Source of the DNA: Promethearchaeota archaeon
GTDB lineage: Archaea > Asgardarchaeota > Lokiarchaeia > Sigyniarchaeales > SOKP01
Direction: 5' to 3'
Assembly: GCA_048940925.1 (NCBI GenBank)
Contig: JBHLOC010000040.1
Coordinates: 1-43,109 of the forward strand
Length of the DNA: 43,109 nt
In this document: in pieces, positions 37,540-43,109 of the stretch
Layout: each line of letters begins with the position of its first letter
Numbering within the stretch: the stretch's first letter is position 1
Translations under genes and position numbers: made by a program
Notes under the pieces: model-generated
The model's database searches: none
Seen by the model: only the letters and a program-made list of their open reading frames with translations
Told to the model about the DNA's origin: nothing

Positions 37540-38274
37540 TTATTTTTTTATAAAAATTGCGATTGGGACACTCGCTTCTCTCCACTGCCCCACCTTCCCA
37601 GCATATTCTAAATCTAGTTTGCTTCTTCCATGATCGCCTATAATAATCATTAGAGAGTTTTGACGTAGCTGTTTGTAATTACTCAAAATCCATTTATCTG
37701 TTCTATTTATTAATTTCTCAATTAAATCTTCAGGAGTCCGTTGTTTTAATCTTTTTTGTTGTTTATGTAGATTTTCAAAATCTAAATAATGCATCCAAGA
37801 TAGATGATGAGTATTTATAGCTTTTGCGCTCTCAACCCAAGTTGACATATCAGTATCTTTGGGAATTGATTTCGTGCCTCCATCATATCTCTCTAAGTCT
37901 TTTTTTCTTGCTATAAAGCAGGATGTTTTTCCTGCTTCATTTATAGCCCTTAATAAATGAAAGCCGTTAGGTTCAACTTCAAAACCACCATAGATTAATT
38001 GATGTAAAACTCCTAAAGTATAGGGATTTTTTGTAGAAAGAAGGAGCATGATTTGAGATTTAGTGATCATGAATTCAGGTTTCATAAAAGTTAGTTCGAA
38101 AAGACCAAAATTGTCAATTAAATTAATACTTATCCTTTCGATTCCTGAATATAAATTTGATATTTCCGGAATTGCTACTGGGATTGTTCCATGGGGTGGT
38201 TCAATTTCCAATAATTTCAGTATGGTTGCTGGTAATTGGTTCATGTAGCATTTTAGAGTTTGAAGCTCTGACAT
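37540..38274 (-). CDS. Alkaline-phosphatase-superfamily-like protein (compact/divergent)
   Basis: LPATILKLL, LIDNFG, YLDFENLH and IIIGDHG...VPIAI motifs. Confidence 0.55.
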   Translation of the reverse strand: MSELQTLKCYMNQLPATILKLLEIEPPHGTIPVAIPEISNLYSGIERISINLIDNFGLFELTFMKPEFMITKSQIMLLLSTKNPYTLGVLHQLIYGGFEVEPNGFHLLRAINEAGKTSCFIARKKDLERYDGGTKSIPKDTDMSTWVESAKAINTHHLSWMHYLDFENLHKQQKRLKQRTPEDLIEKLINRTDKWILSNYKQLRQNSLMIIIGDHGRSKLDLEYAGKVGQWREASVPIAIFIKK

Positions 38275-38333
38275 GTTTGTGCCCTATAATTGAAAATTTT
38301 ATTTATTTTTAATAATTCTTAATATTATTAAAA

Positions 38334-38361
38334 TGATAATATAATTATAAAATTGTTATCA
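38334..38361. promoter_or_regulatory. Candidate NikR operator
   Basis: TGATAA-N16-TTATCA inverted repeat in the divergent intergenic region upstream of larC. Confidence 0.4.
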
Positions 38362-38404
38362 CTTAAAATATCGAATAATATGCTAAACTTGGATAAAGAT
38401 AAAA

Positions 38405-39688
38405 ATGAAAATATTATATCTCGACTTAAATAATTCTGGAATTTCGGGGGATATGTTTCTGGCAGCACTTTTAGGATTAGTTCCAGAGCCCTATAAAATT
38501 TTAGAACAGTTAAAAGAATTAAAAGAATACTTACCTGGAGTCTCAAAATTAGAAATACAATTAATTAAAACTTCACATTCTGGAATTCAATTAAATAAGT
38601 TAGATATAGATATAAAGGAAAACAGAAATCACAGATCAACAAAAATTTTGATCACTGCATTAAATGAATTTTTAGAGAAAAAAAAGATATCGAAATCTGC
38701 AATGGATTATGCTAATAATGTATTAAATTCTTTAATTCAGGCTGAATCTGAAGTACATGGTAAGTTAATTAATGATATACACCTTCATGAACTTAGTTCT
38801 GTTGATACGCTAATTGATATTATAGGAGTTGCAACAGCTTTAGATAAAATAACTGGCTTTGACGAAAACTTTAAGGTATATTGTAGTAAAATTCCTTTAG
38901 GAGGAGGCAAAATAAAAACAGCTCACGGGTTTTTAACAATTCCCGCTCCAGTTACCTTAAAAATATTAGAAAAATCAAATTTGATAACCTATGGGGGACC
39001 TATCGATTCTGAACTCGTGACTCCCACCGGAGTTGCATTATTAACTAATTTACATCCTATTTTTCAAAAATATCTTCCAGATGTGAATATTCAAAAATCT
39101 ATTTTTAGTACTGGTGAGAAAAAGTTTAACAAGTTCCTAAATATATTAAGGCTATTTATTGGTGAATCTCAGGGTTTAGAAAACTCTCTTTTAACTCACC
39201 CATTAAACAAGTATCGGGAACAAATAACGATTTTAGAAACAGATGTTGATGATGTTTCCGGGGAATTATTAGGGAACTTCATTAACCAACTAGGAAAAGA
39301 AAAAGTTTTGGATATACAAGTTATACCGAGTTTAACAAAAAAAAATAGACCTAGCAATATTATTAAAATACTTTGTTATCCTAAATATGCATTTGAGTTA
39401 ATAGATAAAATAATTCATGAATTAGGAACTCTTGGGGTAAGATTTAATACTATTAATAGAGTATGTATAGAAAGAATGATTAAAAAACAGACTATAGAAG
39501 TACATAATCAAAATTTTGAAGTAAGGTATAAAATATCTTATATCGAATCAGAAGAGGGAAAGCAACTTGTTAATATAAAAACTGAATATGAAGATCTTAA
39601 CAGAATTAGTGAAGCTTTAGGAATACCATTGCGAAAAATACAATTAATTGTTCAGGCACATCTCAAGCAATTTTTAAATAATTTTTAA
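38405..39688 (+). CDS. larC: Nickel pincer cofactor nickel-insertion protein LarC
   Basis: SGISGDMFLAAL, AESEVHG, HLHE..SVDTLIDI, AHG..PAP, ELVTPTG, ETDVDD, TKKNRP, GTLGVR and EYEDL motifs. Confidence 0.93.
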   Translation: MKILYLDLNNSGISGDMFLAALLGLVPEPYKILEQLKELKEYLPGVSKLEIQLIKTSHSGIQLNKLDIDIKENRNHRSTKILITALNEFLEKKKISKSAMDYANNVLNSLIQAESEVHGKLINDIHLHELSSVDTLIDIIGVATALDKITGFDENFKVYCSKIPLGGGKIKTAHGFLTIPAPVTLKILEKSNLITYGGPIDSELVTPTGVALLTNLHPIFQKYLPDVNIQKSIFSTGEKKFNKFLNILRLFIGESQGLENSLLTHPLNKYREQITILETDVDDVSGELLGNFINQLGKEKVLDIQVIPSLTKKNRPSNIIKILCYPKYAFELIDKIIHELGTLGVRFNTINRVCIERMIKKQTIEVHNQNFEVRYKISYIESEEGKQLVNIKTEYEDLNRISEALGIPLRKIQLIVQAHLKQFLNNF

Positions 39689-39735
39689 AACAAAAAGTGA
39701 AAAAAAAAGTTTAGTAAGTAGGTTTATCTATCTCT

Positions 39736-40278
39736 TTAATACTTATCAATATTAAACTTATTCAGATAATACTCATCTTCAACCATTTCTTTAGAGAAAT
39801 TTCGTAATCGGACTATTTCTTTCTTTATTTCTTTGACTTTTCTTAGTTTTCCTAATTCTTGAAAGAGTTCTGAAGCTTCTTCGAAAGTTTTTACACTTCT
39901 ATCAAAATTACCAGATACTTCAAGATCTTCTGCTAAAAATACTAAACCTTCGGCAGTTTCTACTTTTTTTCCTAATTTTTTTTGTATTTTCAAAGATTGA
40001 TAATGACATTTCATGCTTTCGGCATATTGCTTAAAAATAGAATAAGTCCTACCTAATGCTCTTAGAGCTAATGCTTCTTGTTCTTGTAACTTGTTTTCTC
40101 TACAATGTGTCAGAATTGATTGCAGGAATTGAATATACTCTGTTTTATTCTTGATTTTTGTCCGATCTAAATGTTCTATTGCTTTTTCATATTGTTCTAA
40201 AGTGTTTTGAATATCTTTAAGTTCGAAAAACTGTTTAGATTTCTCAAAAAGTTCCGTATGATTCATAGATGCGACCAT
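39736..40278 (-). CDS. Tetratricopeptide-repeat protein
   Basis: EALALRALGRTY...AESMKCHYQSLKI and AEGLVFLAEDL...FEEASELFQELG are TPR patterns. The start may be 40266. Confidence 0.75.
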   Translation of the reverse strand: MVASMNHTELFEKSKQFFELKDIQNTLEQYEKAIEHLDRTKIKNKTEYIQFLQSILTHCRENKLQEQEALALRALGRTYSIFKQYAESMKCHYQSLKIQKKLGKKVETAEGLVFLAEDLEVSGNFDRSVKTFEEASELFQELGKLRKVKEIKKEIVRLRNFSKEMVEDEYYLNKFNIDKY

Positions 40279-40476
40279 CGCGGTCTCAACTACATGTACT
40301 TAGAATTTTTTTTTAGATTTAATATATTTAAAAATAAGTTCAATATTAATAAAATAAAATACATATATAAAATTAACTATACTCCAAAGAAAGGGTCAAA
40401 GGCATCAAAAAGGGATAATAATCTGAAGAATCTAACCTTTCACATAAAGTAAAAAAAATCATCAAATGAACAGCAA

Positions 40477-40502
40477 TTTAATTAAACACGTGTTTAATTA
40501 AA
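40477..40502. repeat. Perfect 26-bp palindrome
   Basis: tttaattaaacacgtgtttaattaaa is its own reverse complement. Confidence 0.9.
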
Positions 40503-40555
40503 AAAAATTCATAATTAAAAACTAAGATAAAACTAAAAAAAAAAGGGTAAATAAA

Positions 40556-41221
40556 TTAAAAATTAATTATTCCAGCTACACCTAGCGGGAGGAAAATACA
40601 TAAAAGTATTAATCCTACTGCATAAATAACCCCAACCACTTTCATCTTTAATTTTTTATCAGCAAGATCGTAAACATAGAAAGCTCCAATAAAGAAATAG
40701 AAATATCCTATTAGAAAGATTAGAATTGGGTTGTACCAATTCCACCATACATACTCCCAGATTAAATAATTACCCCAATTCAAGAAGATCTCTACAATAA
40801 CACAGAAAAGTGAAAAACCTATTGCCATAGCCCACCGATTAGGAATGCCAAATAATTTCTTGTTTTTATCATCTGGCAAAAACTTAGCAAATATTATTCC
40901 TGCAATAGAGAACATGAAAGCAATTTCGATATTCCATCCTATTAAAATTATATATGCACTAGCTCCAGGAGTCGTCCAAAAGGCAGAGTAATTAGTAAAT
41001 GCAAAAATTAATCCATTCCAAATTTCATTAATCAAATCCAAGCCTAATACAGTTAACCCAGCAAATATTGTACTCCAATCTCCTGTTTCTCTTGCTTTCT
41101 TAATTTCAATACCATAAATATATAATACTATTGCGAGTAAAGTAATGATATACCATCCATATTCAGAGTTAAGTTCTCGAAGGTTAGATAATGCTTCAAG
41201 TGAAGCCTCTGTCGGTGCCAT
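40556..41221 (-). CDS. Conserved-looking polytopic membrane protein of unknown function
   Basis: About six hydrophobic helices with intramembrane charged motifs (DLINEIWN, GWNIEI, VEIFLN). Confidence 0.75.
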   Translation of the reverse strand: MAPTEASLEALSNLRELNSEYGWYIITLLAIVLYIYGIEIKKARETGDWSTIFAGLTVLGLDLINEIWNGLIFAFTNYSAFWTTPGASAYIILIGWNIEIAFMFSIAGIIFAKFLPDDKNKKLFGIPNRWAMAIGFSLFCVIVEIFLNWGNYLIWEYVWWNWYNPILIFLIGYFYFFIGAFYVYDLADKKLKMKVVGVIYAVGLILLCIFLPLGVAGIINF

Positions 41222-41391
41222 AATCTTTACTTATTCTTATAATTTTTATTTTATTTTGAATAGTTAAAGAAATTTAATTACAAATATTTAAATATTTTTT
41301 CTAATTCAATTTAAACTAAAATGAAGATATTTGCTTTCTATTAGATGCTCAATTATTAAATATATATTTGATCTTAAAACCCTACTTATAA

Positions 41392-42171
41392 CTACTTCGC
41401 GATTTTATTAGCAATAATCGCTGCCGAAGCACCTGCGCCAAAACCATTATCGATATTGACTACTAATAATCCAGGTGAACAAGACTGCAGCATTGTCGTA
41501 AGAGCTCCCTTTCCCTTTTCTCCCATACCATAACCACTTGAGATAGGAACACCTATTACTGGGACATCGACAAGTGCTGCTACTAATCCAGGTAAAGTTC
41601 CTTCCATACCAGCGCATACTATTAATACATGAACTCCACTTTTAATCATATCACTTAAAGGTGTAAAAATTCGATGGATACCCGCAATCCCCACATCATA
41701 ACTCGTAATAACTTTACACCCCATCGCTTCTGCTATAACTGTTGCTTCAATAGCAATATGTATATCTGAGCTACCTGCTGTAATGATTCCAATTATTCCT
41801 CCTTTTTGAGGAAAATCATATGATTTACTTTTAATGACAATAATTTTACCTAAATCGTTAATCTCAATTTTATACTCTTTCATTTCTTCAAAAGTCTTAT
41901 TAATTAAAGCCTTTTGTTCCTTATTATAACGAGATATAATTGCATAATTATTATTTTGCAATAATCTTTCGGTAATATCTATTAAAACTTGAGATTCTTT
42001 ATTTTGAGCAAAAACAACTTCCGGAGTTCCTGTTCTTGTTTGACGAAATATATCTAGTTTAGCTAAATCTCCAACTTCTTCTATTTGATTCGCTTTTAAT
42101 AATCTTTCAGCTTCTTCAATGGAGATTTGATTTTCAATCAATTTCTTGAGAATATTTTTAATTTCACTCAT
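41392..42171 (-). CDS. larB: Nickel pincer cofactor biosynthesis protein LarB (PurE-like)
   Basis: R..RTGTPEVVF, AGSSD, DVGIAGIHR, AGMEGTLP, PVIGVP.S.GYG, MLQSCSPG and VVNIDNGFGA motifs. Confidence 0.95.
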   Translation of the reverse strand: MSEIKNILKKLIENQISIEEAERLLKANQIEEVGDLAKLDIFRQTRTGTPEVVFAQNKESQVLIDITERLLQNNNYAIISRYNKEQKALINKTFEEMKEYKIEINDLGKIIVIKSKSYDFPQKGGIIGIITAGSSDIHIAIEATVIAEAMGCKVITSYDVGIAGIHRIFTPLSDMIKSGVHVLIVCAGMEGTLPGLVAALVDVPVIGVPISSGYGMGEKGKGALTTMLQSCSPGLLVVNIDNGFGAGASAAIIANKIAK

Positions 42172-42368
42172 TTTACATTTTAGTTAGACTTTTTTTAAAT
42201 TTTTTATAATAGACCTAATTGAAAGGTTATTAAAATAGTTTTATTTAAACTGGTTTATTAAATCTTTTTCTCTTCATTATAATTTTTTGAAAAAAGATAA
42301 TAATAACTTAAAATAATTATAAATTATTACAAATTCAATTAAAATACCTTACTTAAAGTGTTATACAT

Positions 42369-43109
42369 ATGGAGATTGATTATACATCGTATAAAGATGT
42401 AAACTTAAAAGGAAAAAAAATCTTAATGCGAGTTGATATAAACTCAAATATTGATATTGAAAAAATGGAAATTAGAGATTCACCGCGTATTCGAGCACTA
42501 GTTCCTGCATTGAATGAATATTTTAAAGATAGTGCTGTAATAATTATGGCACATCAATCTCGTCCAGGTTATGATGACTTTACAGATTTAGATATTCATG
42601 CAAAAGAGATAGAAAAACATCTTGGGCGTCCAGTTAAATTTGTCAGGGATATTTTTGGAGATCAAGCAGTAAAAGCAATAAAGGAACTTAAACCAGGTGA
42701 AGTTTTGGTTCTTAATAATGTTCGAAAATTTGAAGGTGAAATGAAGAATTATAAAGATTTTTCTGAAGCAGAAAATACAGAAATGGTGAAGACATTGTTC
42801 CCATTAGTAGATTATGTTATTGTTGATGCATTTGGAGCCGCTCATCGTGCTCATGCTTCTATAGTAGGATGGCCAAAAATGATGGCGGGACCGATAACCG
42901 ATAAGGAATTAGATGCATTAAAAAAGATAATGCACCACCCTGATAAACCTATGGCAATGTTAATTGGAGGGGCCAAGGCAATAGATAAATTTAAAGCAAT
43001 GAAATATAATTTTGATAATGAAAAATTGGATTATGCTTTATGCTCTGGATTAACGGCAATTCTAATTTTTGAAGCATTAGGAAAAAATATGGGAGAACCA
43101 AATCATAAA
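42369..43109 (+). CDS. pgk: Phosphoglycerate kinase (5' part; runs off window end)
   Basis: Manual translation: MEIDY...ILMRVDINS...AHQSRPG...LNNVR...DAFGAAHRAHAS...IGGAK. Not in the ORF track because it is truncated. Confidence 0.95.
   Translation, partial: MEIDYTSYKDVNLKGKKILMRVDINSNIDIEKMEIRDSPRIRALVPALNEYFKDSAVIIMAHQSRPGYDDFTDLDIHAKEIEKHLGRPVKFVRDIFGDQAVKAIKELKPGEVLVLNNVRKFEGEMKNYKDFSEAENTEMVKTLFPLVDYVIVDAFGAAHRAHASIVGWPKMMAGPITDKELDALKKIMHHPDKPMAMLIGGAKAIDKFKAMKYNFDNEKLDYALCSGLTAILIFEALGKNMGEPNHK

Noticed and set aside
125-40452. Numerous short ORFs overlapping longer genes, mostly antisense (e.g. 125-328, 2344-2526, 9965-10249, 12022-12342, 16610-16945, 24305-24661, 35074-35358, 38328-38546, 40207-40452)
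   Set aside because: They are shadows of well-supported genes on the opposite strand or in another frame, with no motifs of their own.
42296-42330. Second NikR-like site upstream of larB
   Set aside because: TAATA/TATTA half-sites are present, but the spacing does not match and the region is nearly pure A/T.
1-43109. tRNA, rRNA, selenoprotein/SECIS or mobile element
   Set aside because: I saw no GC-rich structured RNA segment, no convincing in-frame TGA within a conserved domain, and no transposase or integrase. A covariance-model search could still find small RNAs.

Overview
A very AT-rich, gene-dense chromosomal window that reads as Asgard archaeal, most likely Lokiarchaeia. The evidence is archaeal uS15/eS1 and PGK, an IPGY (Loki-CTERM-like) anchored surface protein, and longin/roadblock-type proteins. 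The centrepiece is a tightly packed ~16 kb five-gene operon (9995-25970): a MacB/LolD-type ABC ATPase with N- and C-terminal extensions, two paralogous ~1000-aa FtsX/MacB permeases, and between them a 1308-aa membrane-anchored Ig/DUF11-type surface protein and a 1612-aa membrane-anchored subtilase with a cytoplasmic 8-Cys zinc-binding tail. This is my best candidate for an undescribed cell-surface export/processing system. Also present: a full RNase III, a TFS/RpoM-like protein with only its N-terminal zinc ribbon, a short-alpha3 (Bd0055/face-to-face-like) histone, two longin-fold proteins, a nickel cluster (NikR with His-rich insert, LarC, LarB, candidate operator), lipid/acyl-CoA catabolic genes, Sir2, a radical SAM protein, rubrerythrin, a GHMP kinase and two pseudogenes. 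I recognised no rRNA, tRNA, CRISPR array or mobile element. All family assignments come from motif recognition by eye, not database searches.
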